IMG/VR virus record: IMGVR_UViG_3300029536_000010
Location: 1 to 57,475 of that record
Length of the DNA stretch: 57,475 nucleotides
DNA from: a virus
Direction: 5' to 3' (one strand)
The notes below the pieces were generated by a model. The model worked only from the letters and a program-made list of their open reading frames with translations. It had not been told where the DNA came from and searched no databases. Both the position numbers and the translations under genes were made by a program. This document shows, in pieces, positions 35,269 through 45,170 of the stretch. Each line of letters begins with the position of its first letter. The stretch's first letter is position 1.

Positions 35269-35658
35269 TCACTCCAATCCGGCATCAATTAAGTTGAATT
35301 TCAATACTTTATCCTGTTCAACCATATGTGTTAATGCGTTTACAAAAAGAGGTTGACCGCTTCTGTCTCCAGGGTACATTGTTACTGTTATTATCTTTCC
35401 AGGATTCGCCATATCCTCAAAAGTAACAGGTACATAGAACGGTTTCAGAGCATTTAGCATCATACGCCTTGTTTTTGGAGATATGCCTACCCATTCCAGA
35501 TTGTCAAGCTTGTATAAATCCCTTCCAACTCTTTGCCCGACAACTGCGTTATTGACATTTCTTCCACCATCTACAGTTGTTGTTATCGTCCACGAGAACC
35601 CTCTTCTCGGAGCCGGGAAGTCGTATCCGTTCACATTTAAGAATGCCGACATAGCCAT
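35269..35658 (-). CDS. Distal-tail/DUF6711-like protein
   Basis: FLNVNGYDFPAPRRGFSWTITTTVDGGRNVNNAVVGQRVGRDLYKLDNLEW. Confidence 0.65.
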   Translation of the reverse strand: MAMSAFLNVNGYDFPAPRRGFSWTITTTVDGGRNVNNAVVGQRVGRDLYKLDNLEWVGISPKTRRMMLNALKPFYVPVTFEDMANPGKIITVTMYPGDRSGQPLFVNALTHMVEQDKVLKFNLIDAGLE

Positions 35659-35708
35659 ATCTCAAATTCCTCCTAAAAAAATAGTGTGGTAGCAATTAAG
35701 CCACCACA

Positions 35709-38700
35709 CTATGTAAATGAATATCCGTTTCTGTTTTTTCTTTTATCATAAACGTTTACAAGTTCACGTCCGTCAACGACTATCCTACTTCCGCGTTTTA
35801 CAGCTTCGATAAGTTCTTGTAATAAGTCCGTTTCTCTTGTGTTCTCAGACTGCGCTTTAAGCATGGCTTCATATACACCTTTTGAAATTCCGTCAACAAT
35901 CTGATTGTTGTTTGCTACCGCTGTACGCCCGTTGGAAAATTTTCCTACCATTTCTTCATGATTTGCCATGAATACTCCATCTTCCGGGAATCCTCCGCCA
36001 GTATACTTAGGGAGAATGTCTGATAGTCCAATACGACCAACACCATACTTATATCCTTTATATCCTCTGGCTGTCCATCCGGCATTAAGACTTCCGTATC
36101 TTCCAACCGTATATCTAATAGCAGCTATCATATTTGACAGTGGATCGTATATGTTCGTATTGTATCCAGGTAGTGCATTGCTTCTGAACGTAGGGTCGAT
36201 TACCTGCATAAGCCCCTTTGACGGAATTCCGGCTTTCGCGTTGCTGTCCCACAAGTTAATAGCATTCGGATTACCGCCAGATTCATGTTGCATTTGCATA
36301 AGAAGAGCATTTAGATTAGCTTCCGAATACTGATTCGTCAGCTCAAGAGCCTTTTTAGCAAGTGCTCTCCATTGCTCTACTCCGGCTGATACGTTATAAG
36401 CTACGTTTCCGGATACCCCACTACTGCTAAACATGTTTGCAATAAAGTCTTTTGCTGATTTAAAAATTGTTTTTACAATTCCACCCGCAATATCAGATAC
36501 AGGAGAAAGTAGATTTGAAATGTCTACAAACTTATTTAATGCTATCTGTAGTAATTTGCCAGGATGTTCAACATAGTCAGCAACAGTACCGGCAATATCT
36601 TTTGCCTTTTCCCATACGCCACCAAAGAAGTCTCCAATACCATTCGCGTAATGAGTAACACCCATACCGCCCATAAGTGCCTCTGTCTGGTTTGCCGGCA
36701 TGATTTTCGTTCCCTTTTCAAGCGGAATTACAACATTTCTTCCTTTCGGAATAAAAGGTTTCCCGTTTGGAGGAACAATCATTTCTTTGTATGTACCACC
36801 CGGTTGGTCGTTTACCATTCCGATTGTGTCTTTCCCCACGCCGTTTGTACCAGATGCAAACTTAGGAACGTCCCATTTCTTCAATCTTGTTCCGGAATTA
36901 AGTTTCTCAAGAACCCAGTTAATACCATTGATGATTCCATTCACGGCATCACCAATCGGAGAGATGATTTTGTTTGCAATATTTTTAAAGAAACTGCTTA
37001 TTCCTTGCCAAATGCTTGTTACAGCATTATAAGCACTCTGGAATCCATCTTTGAAAAATCTTGTAATTTTATTCTTTTCAAAAATACTGGTAATCTTTCC
37101 ATAGATTTCTTGGAATTTTTTAACTACATTTCCGATTAAGGACGCTGCGCCGTTTATCAGTCCTTGTATTAAATAAACACCCATTCCAGACATTACAGTT
37201 GATGGGGAATGAATGCCAAACACATCTTTAAAACCATTAATAAATGGATCAAAAATATTGTTTTTTATCCAGCTTCCAATTCCTTTAATAGCCGACAGTA
37301 TTCCCTCAAGACCACCGTTCCAGATGTCTTTTCCGATTTCATACATAAGCGTGAACACAAAAGAAGCTGCTGCTCCCAACGCAGTGCCTAGAAGACTAAA
37401 GAAACTACTTGCAATTCCAGCAAAGTCGATGCCAGAAATAGCATCTTTTAGGTTCTGCCACAACCCTTTCGCCATTTCAGACCAATCTATTCCCGCAATC
37501 CACTCTTGAGCTTCTTCAAACGACCCTATAAGATAGTCACTGATACTTTTTGTGACCAATTTCCAGTCTAAGTTTCCCAAAAAACCTATTAGAAAATCAA
37601 ATAAGGCCGTAATTTTCCTTACTAGCAATCTTCCATAGGTATTAAAATCAATCTGTTCCAGACTGGAATTTATAAAGTTTGCTAAATCATTACCAAGTCC
37701 AACAAAATCAATCGTCTTTAAAGTGTAGTATATTGTTTGTATAACCCCGTTAACTCCAAAACCAACTTTTTTCCCCATTTCAGACCAATCAACTGAATCC
37801 GTTATCTGGTTAACTTTTTCTCCTAATAATGTTCCTAAAGATTTCCAATCAGCATTTTGGATAGCTTCCCTAATCTTTTCTGCAAAGTCAGATATTCCTT
37901 TGTCAACAGAAGTCGTTTCAAACATTTCTGACGGAGACGGTCCAGTATAGCTTCCACCACTTCCACCACCACTATCAGAATCAGAATTTGAATCTGTTGT
38001 CTTTTGTTGAATATTAAGTTCATCAATCCCAAGGGTATATGTTTGAAAATCTTTTGCAGCTTTTTTTGCATCACTTCCAGCTTTTTTTGCACTTGATCCA
38101 GTATCACTAATAGTTTTGCCGTAATCTTTCCATGCCTTTTTTGCTTGTACAACAGTTCCTTTCCCTGTAAGAGCTGCCATAAACTGACCAACCGCATTTA
38201 AAGCCCTCGCCATCATATCGATAAACGCCGAAATATACGGTCCGACTGCATTAACAATCGGGGCAAATGCAACAGCCCAAGCGTTTTTCAAATATAGCAG
38301 TGATGAAACCATTCCGGAAATACTATTATTGTATTCAGAGCTGTACTGAACAAGGTTGTCTGAACCCTCTTTTACAGCTTGCTTGATATTACCGATCACA
38401 CCAAAGATAGTTGAAAAGAGAATAGATGAACCAATCATTTTTAACAACGACATTCTTGCGTTTCCAGATTCATCTTTCACTCCCCTTAAGGAAGATGCAA
38501 GAGATTTTAAGATTTTTAGTGGTGATTTTTTTATTGAAGCTACACTTTTCGCAAAGTTCCACATTCCAGCTCCTGCTTTTTTAGTAGCAGAAGAAATTGT
38601 TTGAAATACTTTTTTAGCAACAGGAGAAATGGCTTGGAATGCTGTTTTTAACGCTACAGCTTTCTTTTCCATACCTCCTAATGAACTATCGTCCAAACGA

Positions 38701-39545
38701 AGTTTTTCCATAAGATTATACGGAAAAGAACGTATTGAATCCGCAACTGAACTTATTCCACTTTTAAACTTTGTGAAAAAACCTGTATTGTTTGAATCTG
38801 TAACTTTTTTCAACGAAGCCGATGCTTTTTCCGCTTGTCTGCTTATTTCGTTCAAGTTTCTTGCTTCTTTTTCAATAGATCCACTTGAAACTTCTGCACT
38901 CTCAGACAGTCCTTCATTTGCTTCTGGTACCTTCACTCCATCAGAAAGTCTATACGGTGTTTCTCCATTTCTTGTTACAGTTAAATCAGGGTTAAGCTTT
39001 ACAGTATTAAAAGCCTCTTTTGCTTTCATCGCTTCTGCCAACGAGTTTTTATACTGGAACATACTTTTGATGTTCTTTTCCCACATTTTCCCCTGATTTA
39101 TTGCACTTCCTGTCTGTTCGGCAGTGTCGAAAACATTTTGCTTATACCTATTCAGGCCAGATTCAAGCTTAGAAATTGCACGATTAAGCTGTTTTTCGTT
39201 CATAGCTTCAAAGTTAATTCTAAGCTTAGAATCCTTGTATTTTCTCATCAATGCGCTAAAGCCTTGGTCTGCTTTTTTAATCTCGGAAGTATCAACTTTC
39301 AGTTTGGTAGTTGCAGAACCAAGCTTCTTTTGTTTGTTTACAATACCATCAAGATATTTCTGAGAAGATTTAAGACCACTGATATCAACTCCACCAATAT
39401 TGTTTAATTTTGGAGCTAATGAGCCAATTTCAGAAAGCGTACTGGCTATTTTTTTTAGTCTGTCTTGCATTCCAGTAAGAGAACGGTTCGCTTGTTTAGC
39501 AGATGTTTCTATTTGCAACTCAATTGAATCAACTTCTGTACCCAC
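35709..39545 (-). CDS. Tail tape measure protein with C-terminal lytic transglycosylase domain
   Basis: 1278 aa; ...QYSEANLNALLMQMQHESGGNPNAINLWDSNAKAGIPSKGLMQVIDPTFR is SLT. Confidence 0.95.
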   Translation of the reverse strand: MGTEVDSIELQIETSAKQANRSLTGMQDRLKKIASTLSEIGSLAPKLNNIGGVDISGLKSSQKYLDGIVNKQKKLGSATTKLKVDTSEIKKADQGFSALMRKYKDSKLRINFEAMNEKQLNRAISKLESGLNRYKQNVFDTAEQTGSAINQGKMWEKNIKSMFQYKNSLAEAMKAKEAFNTVKLNPDLTVTRNGETPYRLSDGVKVPEANEGLSESAEVSSGSIEKEARNLNEISRQAEKASASLKKVTDSNNTGFFTKFKSGISSVADSIRSFPYNLMEKLRLDDSSLGGMEKKAVALKTAFQAISPVAKKVFQTISSATKKAGAGMWNFAKSVASIKKSPLKILKSLASSLRGVKDESGNARMSLLKMIGSSILFSTIFGVIGNIKQAVKEGSDNLVQYSSEYNNSISGMVSSLLYLKNAWAVAFAPIVNAVGPYISAFIDMMARALNAVGQFMAALTGKGTVVQAKKAWKDYGKTISDTGSSAKKAGSDAKKAAKDFQTYTLGIDELNIQQKTTDSNSDSDSGGGSGGSYTGPSPSEMFETTSVDKGISDFAEKIREAIQNADWKSLGTLLGEKVNQITDSVDWSEMGKKVGFGVNGVIQTIYYTLKTIDFVGLGNDLANFINSSLEQIDFNTYGRLLVRKITALFDFLIGFLGNLDWKLVTKSISDYLIGSFEEAQEWIAGIDWSEMAKGLWQNLKDAISGIDFAGIASSFFSLLGTALGAAASFVFTLMYEIGKDIWNGGLEGILSAIKGIGSWIKNNIFDPFINGFKDVFGIHSPSTVMSGMGVYLIQGLINGAASLIGNVVKKFQEIYGKITSIFEKNKITRFFKDGFQSAYNAVTSIWQGISSFFKNIANKIISPIGDAVNGIINGINWVLEKLNSGTRLKKWDVPKFASGTNGVGKDTIGMVNDQPGGTYKEMIVPPNGKPFIPKGRNVVIPLEKGTKIMPANQTEALMGGMGVTHYANGIGDFFGGVWEKAKDIAGTVADYVEHPGKLLQIALNKFVDISNLLSPVSDIAGGIVKTIFKSAKDFIANMFSSSGVSGNVAYNVSAGVEQWRALAKKALELTNQYSEANLNALLMQMQHESGGNPNAINLWDSNAKAGIPSKGLMQVIDPTFRSNALPGYNTNIYDPLSNMIAAIRYTVGRYGSLNAGWTARGYKGYKYGVGRIGLSDILPKYTGGGFPEDGVFMANHEEMVGKFSNGRTAVANNNQIVDGISKGVYEAMLKAQSENTRETDLLQELIEAVKRGSRIVVDGRELVNVYDKRKNRNGYSFT

Positions 39546-39568
39546 AACTTCACCTCCTCTTTGTTCTA

Positions 39569-40069
39569 CTACATGCTTGTCTCCGGAAGTCCAAGTTTTC
39601 TGTCGTTTTCAATCCACTTATCCATAGCCCTAATTTCCGCAAGCATATCTCTTCTCTCTCGTTCTTCTTCGGTTAGTTCTGAATCTTCGATGATTTTCCA
39701 AAGAATAGGCTTTTCAATATACTCAGCTTTACCTTTGAGAACATTGTCTATTGCAGTAACTATTGCTGAAAACGTGTATTGACCGGATATCCAGTTAATA
39801 TAGTCTTCCCTTTTAATTCTTTCCTTATCTGCTTTTGCAATGACTTTTATGATATGTGGATTCATATTCCAGAACTCGTTCCAAGTGATTCCAAGTACAC
39901 TTGCTGCCGGAAACCACTCGTTTTCAAAAAATTCTCTTTGGGATTTGTATTTTTTTACATTGTCTGCACAGGTGCCGTCTGAACCGGTTCTACTGGTGTA
40001 ATTGGCACTGCTTGTTCCTGAACCTGAACAATTTCCTTTTCTGCATTCTGTTGGAGAGCACGAAAAAAA
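39569..40069 (-). CDS. Downstream half of tail assembly chaperone, probably made by -1 frameshift
   Basis: ATG-less open frame extends upstream from MNPHII (...VKKYKSQREFFENEWFPAASVLGITWNEFWNMNPHIIK...) to the T7 slippery run. Confidence 0.65.
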   Translation of the reverse strand, partial: FFSCSPTECRKGNCSGSGTSSANYTSRTGSDGTCADNVKKYKSQREFFENEWFPAASVLGITWNEFWNMNPHIIKVIAKADKERIKREDYINWISGQYTFSAIVTAIDNVLKGKAEYIEKPILWKIIEDSELTEEERERRDMLAEIRAMDKWIENDRKLGLPETSM

Positions 40070-40326
40070 TCAGATTCTTCCATTTTCTTCTTCAGAACTT
40101 CAAATGCCTTATCAAACTGGCCACCTTTGATAAGATGCTGCTCAAATTCCTTTCCGGCCACTTCATTGCTTACTCCCATGCAAATTCCGACATATGCTCT
40201 CAAAAACGACATCGGAGTTTCTGAATAGTCATCCATAGTTACTCCTCTTTTTTCGAGATCACATACCGTGTTAAATCCAAAATCTTTTGCAACGCATGTA
40301 GTTTCGTTAATTTTAAATGTATCCAT
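39955..40326 (-). CDS. Tail assembly chaperone (upstream frame)
   Basis: MDTFKINETTCVAKDFGFNTVCDLEKRGVT...; positioned between tail tube and tape measure. Confidence 0.8.
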   Translation of the reverse strand: MDTFKINETTCVAKDFGFNTVCDLEKRGVTMDDYSETPMSFLRAYVGICMGVSNEVAGKEFEQHLIKGGQFDKAFEVLKKKMEESDFFRALQQNAEKEIVQVQEQAVPITPVEPVQTAPVQTM

Positions 40327-40362
40327 AAATCCTTACCTTCCCTTTCTTTATATAGGGAAGGG

Positions 40363-40388
40363 GCAGCCCGAAGGCCACCCCATTCCGT
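40363..40388 (-). terminator. UUCG-capped strong hairpin between tail tube and chaperone genes
   Basis: Minus GGGGTGGCC-TTCG-GGCTGCCCC, no T run. Confidence 0.5.
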
Positions 40389-40467
40389 TTTGTTGATTAA
40401 ATTGTCGTTTCGTCGGTGTAATAATAACTGTTCTGAGCGTCCACCGACATTTCTTGCTCAGAACGTG

Positions 40468-40962
40468 TTACCCCTTTGATACAGTAAATGTTCCGTCTTT
40501 ATTATCTACGACGGTGTATTCATCGGTTACTTTTTTAGCCACTGTGTTTGGAATAGCAGTTACTGACATTTCAACAATTTCATCTACTCCACCAACATCT
40601 GAAGGTGTAGCAGATACCTGTGCCACGTAAGCATATTTAGCCACGGAACCAATACCGTCCGTTCCGTACAGATGGAATATGCATACACGTTTGTCTTCCA
40701 TTGTTCCAATATTATCCAGATATTCTTTTTCAAGGTTTCCGGTAAATTCTTTCGAATCTGTTGTCTTAATACCTTTTTCGAATGTCTGTGCATCGTCCTC
40801 AAGAGTTGTAGATTCTACGGTGTTCGGAGCTGATACTGGTGCCGGAATACTCTTCGCTTTACATAGTAATTTGTATGTTCCGGCAAAATCAACTTTTGAT
40901 AAATCTGTTGCATCTGCAATTTCTTTTACAATAACTCTCGCTTTGTAACTGGTTGAAGCCAT
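40468..40962 (-). CDS. Major tail tube protein
   Basis: Position and KTTDSKEFTGNLEKEYLDNIGTMEDKRVCIFHLYGTDG... Confidence 0.7.
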   Translation of the reverse strand: MASTSYKARVIVKEIADATDLSKVDFAGTYKLLCKAKSIPAPVSAPNTVESTTLEDDAQTFEKGIKTTDSKEFTGNLEKEYLDNIGTMEDKRVCIFHLYGTDGIGSVAKYAYVAQVSATPSDVGGVDEIVEMSVTAIPNTVAKKVTDEYTVVDNKDGTFTVSKG

Positions 40963-41019
40963 GTTTTATACCTACCTTTCTGCCTTTTTAGGCAACAAAA
41001 AAAGAGCCTTACAGCTCTC

Positions 41020-41451
41020 CTATAGTGTGTCATCATTTCCAAGAGTGCGTCTCACTCTCATTACGCTTCTGTAATTTCCGCTACCATTGTTAGCTTCCGG
41101 AAATGATTGTATTTCAAACCCCATGTCTTTAAAAACAAATGCAATCTCTTTTAGTACCGCTTTGGCTTCTTTTTGGGATTTGTTTGTTGTTACTTCAATC
41201 TGCATTGAATATTGAATTCCGTTGATTGTATGTCCCTCGGTAGTTCTTGCTTTTTCTGATCCTGACATTTCATGCATGTATACAGTTGGGTATTTTGTGG
41301 TCGCATCTTTTGGTTCATCGGTCAATGTAAAGTGAATGGTTGGAAACTTCTTATTCAATTTATTGAGTACTTTATTTTTTACAATAGAAAACAGATTTGT
41401 TTCTAAATCAAATACCCATGAATTATCCATTCCCAAACACCTCCTTTGCAA
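41020..41451 (-). CDS. Tail terminator/completion protein
   Basis: Synteny before tail tube. Confidence 0.6.
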   Translation of the reverse strand: MQRRCLGMDNSWVFDLETNLFSIVKNKVLNKLNKKFPTIHFTLTDEPKDATTKYPTVYMHEMSGSEKARTTEGHTINGIQYSMQIEVTTNKSQKEAKAVLKEIAFVFKDMGFEIQSFPEANNGSGNYRSVMRVRRTLGNDDTL

Positions 41452-41959
41452 TGATTCCGATTTTCTCCCTTAATTCAACTCCTGTATTGTACATAAATGG
41501 TCTCGACGGCATACCTTCAGTAAAGAAAAATTGACCGTTTTTATAATAAAACCATCCATATGTACCAGCTGGATACTTTCCAAATGATTCCTTAAGCGTA
41601 ATAAATTTTTTCCCTTGCGCATACACGACAGGTAATTTTCCTGGATATGGTGATGATGCACCAACCATACCCGTCCCTATTTCTACATATATAGCATGGT
41701 CTGAATCTGCTTTAACAACGTAAACAGATGTATTTTTACCAGAAGGTCTTTCTTCACTTGATATACTTCCAAGAAGTTCACCCGTAAATACTGCATCAAG
41801 GTCAACAACATTCGCTTTTGCAATCTGTACTCCTTCTTCTGCAAGACGTTTCGTAAACTCTTTCACTTTCGAATCAAGTTCTTCTTGATATTTCCTAATC
41901 TGTTCAATCGCATCTGTAATGCTTTTTACTGACAAATTTGCTTTTATTACCTTTCCCAT
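41423..41959 (-). CDS. HK97-gp10-like head-tail joining protein
   Basis: DAIEQIRKYQEELDSKVKEFTKRLAEEGVQIAKANV...YVEIGTGMVG... Confidence 0.7.
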   Translation of the reverse strand: MGKVIKANLSVKSITDAIEQIRKYQEELDSKVKEFTKRLAEEGVQIAKANVVDLDAVFTGELLGSISSEERPSGKNTSVYVVKADSDHAIYVEIGTGMVGASSPYPGKLPVVYAQGKKFITLKESFGKYPAGTYGWFYYKNGQFFFTEGMPSRPFMYNTGVELREKIGIIAKEVFGNG

Positions 41960-41967
41960 CTTTATAC

Positions 41968-42420
41968 CTATTTGCTTATCTTCTTAAGTAGAAATGCGTC
42001 CTCATTCAACGGTTCATCATTAGTAGCCATAACCTCGTAATCTGCCGTGTTGGCATCTACGTTTAAATTGTTTGCCGTGTCTTTGTATTTAACGGCTGAT
42101 TTTCGCCAAATACGAGTCCCTACGGCAAATGGCAATGCCCCTTTTGAACAAACAATAGTGGCTTTGTCCGCTGAATCCTCTACACCAAAAACTCTTATAA
42201 AAGCTTCAGTCAAGGTAGAATTTATGTTTGCCATGAATTCTGTCGGTTCCGTATATTCCGGTTCGTATTCACCAGATTCCACTGGGACTTCTCTTCCATC
42301 AACGGTAATGTATTTAGTGTTTCCTTGCTCGTCTTTTTCATAAATAGGCGTACTTCGCCCAGTCTGCAAAGAATACAGCATTTTCTGTTTATTTCTGTCC
42401 AGTGTTCGCATCGGTATCAA
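41968..42420 (-). CDS. Head closure-like protein
   Basis: Synteny; MIPMRTLDRNKQKMLYSLQTGRSTPIYEKDEQGN. Confidence 0.55.
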   Translation of the reverse strand: MIPMRTLDRNKQKMLYSLQTGRSTPIYEKDEQGNTKYITVDGREVPVESGEYEPEYTEPTEFMANINSTLTEAFIRVFGVEDSADKATIVCSKGALPFAVGTRIWRKSAVKYKDTANNLNVDANTADYEVMATNDEPLNEDAFLLKKISK

Positions 42421-42682
42421 CCTTCTTTACTTGCTTCTGAATCTGATTTACACCAGTACTTGCAAGTCCGGATACAATTCCTACTGCAATTGCATCAAGA
42501 ACGTCTGTTGCCGGAAAATTAGGAATTACATACATTCCAACAACCCCAAGGATTCCTCCAGCTACACCTACAATCACAGGGATATAATTATCTTTTACTT
42601 TTGGACACAGCTTTGCTCCGAGTCCAACAAGATAAGTAATAACTACAATTGCCAGTACGGTTTCCATCGAAAAAATATCCAT
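42389..42682 (-). CDS. Holin
   Basis: Two or more hydrophobic segments, charged C-terminus: VLAIVVITYLVGLGAKLCP...YIPVIVGVAGGILGVVGMYV. Confidence 0.7.
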   Translation of the reverse strand: MDIFSMETVLAIVVITYLVGLGAKLCPKVKDNYIPVIVGVAGGILGVVGMYVIPNFPATDVLDAIAVGIVSGLASTGVNQIQKQVKKVDTDANTGQK

Positions 42683-42996
42683 TATTCTTCACCACCATTC
42701 ATTCTGTTTTCCAGTGTGTCAATTCTGTGATGTGCACTCTTTACACTGTCTTCCAGTTTGATTATTCTTCCATTGTGAGAATCAAGCTTATCTTTCATCT
42801 GAGAAATCTCACTTTTGATGTCCTCACTCAAAGAAGAGATGTTATCAAGTTTCATATTGATTTGTGTGTTCTGCCTAACTCTTTCTTCGATATCTTTCGT
42901 GTCCGAACGTTTATTGTTCTTCAAACCGAAGAAAATGGAAAAAGCAACTGACACCACACTTATAATGATTGCTGTCGATATTTCAATAGTCATCAA
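42682..42996 (-). CDS. Membrane-anchored coiled-coil protein, holin-associated
   Basis: IEISTAIIISVVSVAFSIFFG...MKDKLDSHNGRIIKLEDSVKSAHHRIDTLENRM. Confidence 0.6.
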   Translation of the reverse strand: MMTIEISTAIIISVVSVAFSIFFGLKNNKRSDTKDIEERVRQNTQINMKLDNISSLSEDIKSEISQMKDKLDSHNGRIIKLEDSVKSAHHRIDTLENRMNGGEE

Positions 42997-43101
42997 TCAT
43001 TTACCTGCCTTTTTCTTATTTTCATTAGCTGCCCACCACCAAATTAGCTAATACCCTGCGACCATTTTGCTGGCATCGGCAATATGGTCACGCGCAATCT
43101 T

Positions 43102-43440
43102 CTATAAAGAATGAACATACGGAAGTACGTCATTAAATATTGAACTGGATATATAAGCATTTTCGTATGATCTGCTTATAGAATTTTCGCTGTGAGACGA
43201 TTCTCCTTCAGCTCCTTCTTTCATTTTCAAATCAACAACTGCCATAGCAATAGTACTTATATGTCTTTGAATATCATCTTCAATCTGATTTTCAGTAAAA
43301 TTGACAGGAAAGTTCCTTTGCTGCTTATATTTTTCAATAACAAAATCAATCAAGAGTTTTGATGGCTCCTGACCTTTCAGATCTGGAATGTCATTGAAAT
43401 ATTCAGTTACCTTTTCCTTGATTGAATATGCCACTGCCAT
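43102..43440 (-). CDS. Head-tail connector-like protein
   Basis: VTEYFNDIPDLKGQEPSKLLIDFVIEKYKQQRNFP... Confidence 0.6.
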   Translation of the reverse strand: MAVAYSIKEKVTEYFNDIPDLKGQEPSKLLIDFVIEKYKQQRNFPVNFTENQIEDDIQRHISTIAMAVVDLKMKEGAEGESSHSENSISRSYENAYISSSIFNDVLPYVHSL

Positions 43441-43452
43441 AATTGTTCTCCT

Positions 43453-43686
43453 TTATAAGTTGAATTTCGAAATAAAATATTCCTTTAATTCTCCACCAGT
43501 CATCGAATCAACATTGCTCATACCATGACTAGTCGCTAACGAACGTAAGTCTTGTACACTCATTCTGTTAATATCTGTCTTGGTATAATTAAATTCAAAC
43601 GAAGATTTTCCCGGAATTTCTTCCGGGATTACTTCGCCAGCTTTATACCATTTTCCATCGATTTTGATTACATTTGTTGCAATCAT
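43453..43686 (-). CDS. Small structural-module protein
   Basis: MIATNVIKIDGKWYKAGEVIPEE...SVQDLRSLATSHGMSNVDSMTGGELKEYF. Confidence 0.5.
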   Translation of the reverse strand: MIATNVIKIDGKWYKAGEVIPEEIPGKSSFEFNYTKTDINRMSVQDLRSLATSHGMSNVDSMTGGELKEYFISKFNL

Positions 43687-43698
43687 ACAACCACCGCC

Positions 43699-44787
43699 TT
43701 ACGCTACTTTCATAACAACAACGCTGTTCATTCCCTCAAATGACGGAAGACCAATCATTGATACAACGCAGTGTGTATTGATCGGGTGCTCTGTAGCATA
43801 AGTGTAAACAGCAATACCTGTTTCAACGATAGAAAGGTTTCCATTTGCGAGACTTCCACTTCTCTCTTCTGGTGTTCTACCGAAAACATAATCACCAAGG
43901 TATACTCCGGCTGATTGACAAGAGATGATGTTTTTCGGAATAAAGTACTGAGTTACTCCGGATTCGTCAACATACATCTTGTCGTAAACTTCGATTTCAA
44001 TTCCGTATCCTCTCAGGTACGCAAGTACATCTTCCTGTCTTACTCTGATACCGCCGTTGTATGCTGTAATTCCAAGAACCTGTTTCTTTGTATCCTCCGC
44101 ATTGAGAAGCATTTCAAAAGTCTCTGTGTTCATCGAAAATCTTGTCAGAGAGTATCCTGTTTTCTTGGCGAAATCACGTCTTGTTTTGATAAGGTCATCA
44201 AGCGGTGTTGCTGTCTCCGGGGCATCCCATTTGTCAGATGTTCCAGAAATTTCAATATAGTGGTCTTTTTTGTGCACTGTTCCATTGTCAGTTGTGTAAT
44301 CAACCACATACTTTTTGCCTTCAATATTTACGGTAACTTTCGGTACACCGTCTGCCGGTGCAAGAAGTTCCCAAATCTGTCTCTCAGGTACAACCATAGC
44401 TCCCTGGATTAAATTCATTGGTTTCTTACTGATTTGTCTGAGAACTTGGTTTGCAAGAGAAGAATTTTCGGCTGAAGCATAATCTGCATATCGCTGTTCT
44501 TCTTTCTCTGTGACCATGTAGGACTCTCTGTAGAACGGCATCTCGTTCTGAATGTCCTTGAATCCTCCAACATCTCTTAATGGAGCCTGTGCATCGAAAT
44601 TTGAAGCTTTCAGTGCTACCGGCTGTGAATTTTCGCCGACAATGTATCTGATTTCAAGTGAATCCTGTTTTGTGGTTCCGAATTTCTGTCTTCCAAGATA
44701 CGGTGGAAGTGCAAGTGATGCTTTGTAGTTATCCCACATAACTCCAAGACTTCTTGCTGTAAACGCTTTCGCTAATGGTAATGCCAT
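43699..44787 (-). CDS. Major capsid protein (E-type)
   Basis: 362 aa; PPYLGRQKFGTTKQDSLEIRYIVGENSQPVALKASNFDAQAPLRDVGGFKDIQNEMPFYRESYMVTEKE. Confidence 0.85.
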   Translation of the reverse strand: MALPLAKAFTARSLGVMWDNYKASLALPPYLGRQKFGTTKQDSLEIRYIVGENSQPVALKASNFDAQAPLRDVGGFKDIQNEMPFYRESYMVTEKEEQRYADYASAENSSLANQVLRQISKKPMNLIQGAMVVPERQIWELLAPADGVPKVTVNIEGKKYVVDYTTDNGTVHKKDHYIEISGTSDKWDAPETATPLDDLIKTRRDFAKKTGYSLTRFSMNTETFEMLLNAEDTKKQVLGITAYNGGIRVRQEDVLAYLRGYGIEIEVYDKMYVDESGVTQYFIPKNIISCQSAGVYLGDYVFGRTPEERSGSLANGNLSIVETGIAVYTYATEHPINTHCVVSMIGLPSFEGMNSVVVMKVA

Positions 44788-44806
44788 CTCTAATATACCT
44801 CCTTAA

Positions 44807-45154
44807 TTACTCTGCAATTGCTGGTGCACCGTAAAACGTAACTCTTGGTGTTGCTTTTCTAGCTGCATCTGAAATCTGTGGAGAAAGTGATTTAACTTTT
44901 TCCCAATCAATAGTTCCTTGATATACGTATGTTCCCGGTGCATCTCCCTGTGTTACGTCAACGTCTTCAAGAAGATATCCAAGACATGACGCATCGTTTG
45001 ACGGATACGGTGTGCCCGCCTTTGCAATTTTCATACCGTTTTCATCAGCTACTGTTACGCTCGCCTGTGTTACCACGCAAGCTGCTCCTTCATAAGGAAA
45101 AAACTTCAAAATACCTTTACTCTGCGTAAAATCTCTTACAATTGGTTTTCCCAT
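44807..45154 (-). CDS. Head decoration-like protein
   Basis: Synteny between scaffold and capsid. Confidence 0.6.
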   Translation of the reverse strand: MGKPIVRDFTQSKGILKFFPYEGAACVVTQASVTVADENGMKIAKAGTPYPSNDASCLGYLLEDVDVTQGDAPGTYVYQGTIDWEKVKSLSPQISDAARKATPRVTFYGAPAIAE

Positions 45155-45170
45155 TTTTTTACCTCCAAAT

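Noticed and set aside
36467-38604. Numerous plus-strand ORFs opposite the tape measure, tail tip, replication and terminase genes
   Set aside because: They are antisense to long, clearly coding minus-strand genes and have no domain features.
40363-40388. Full transcription terminator between tail tube and chaperone genes
   Set aside because: Very stable UUCG hairpin but no T run; more likely a partial attenuator or mRNA-stabilising element.
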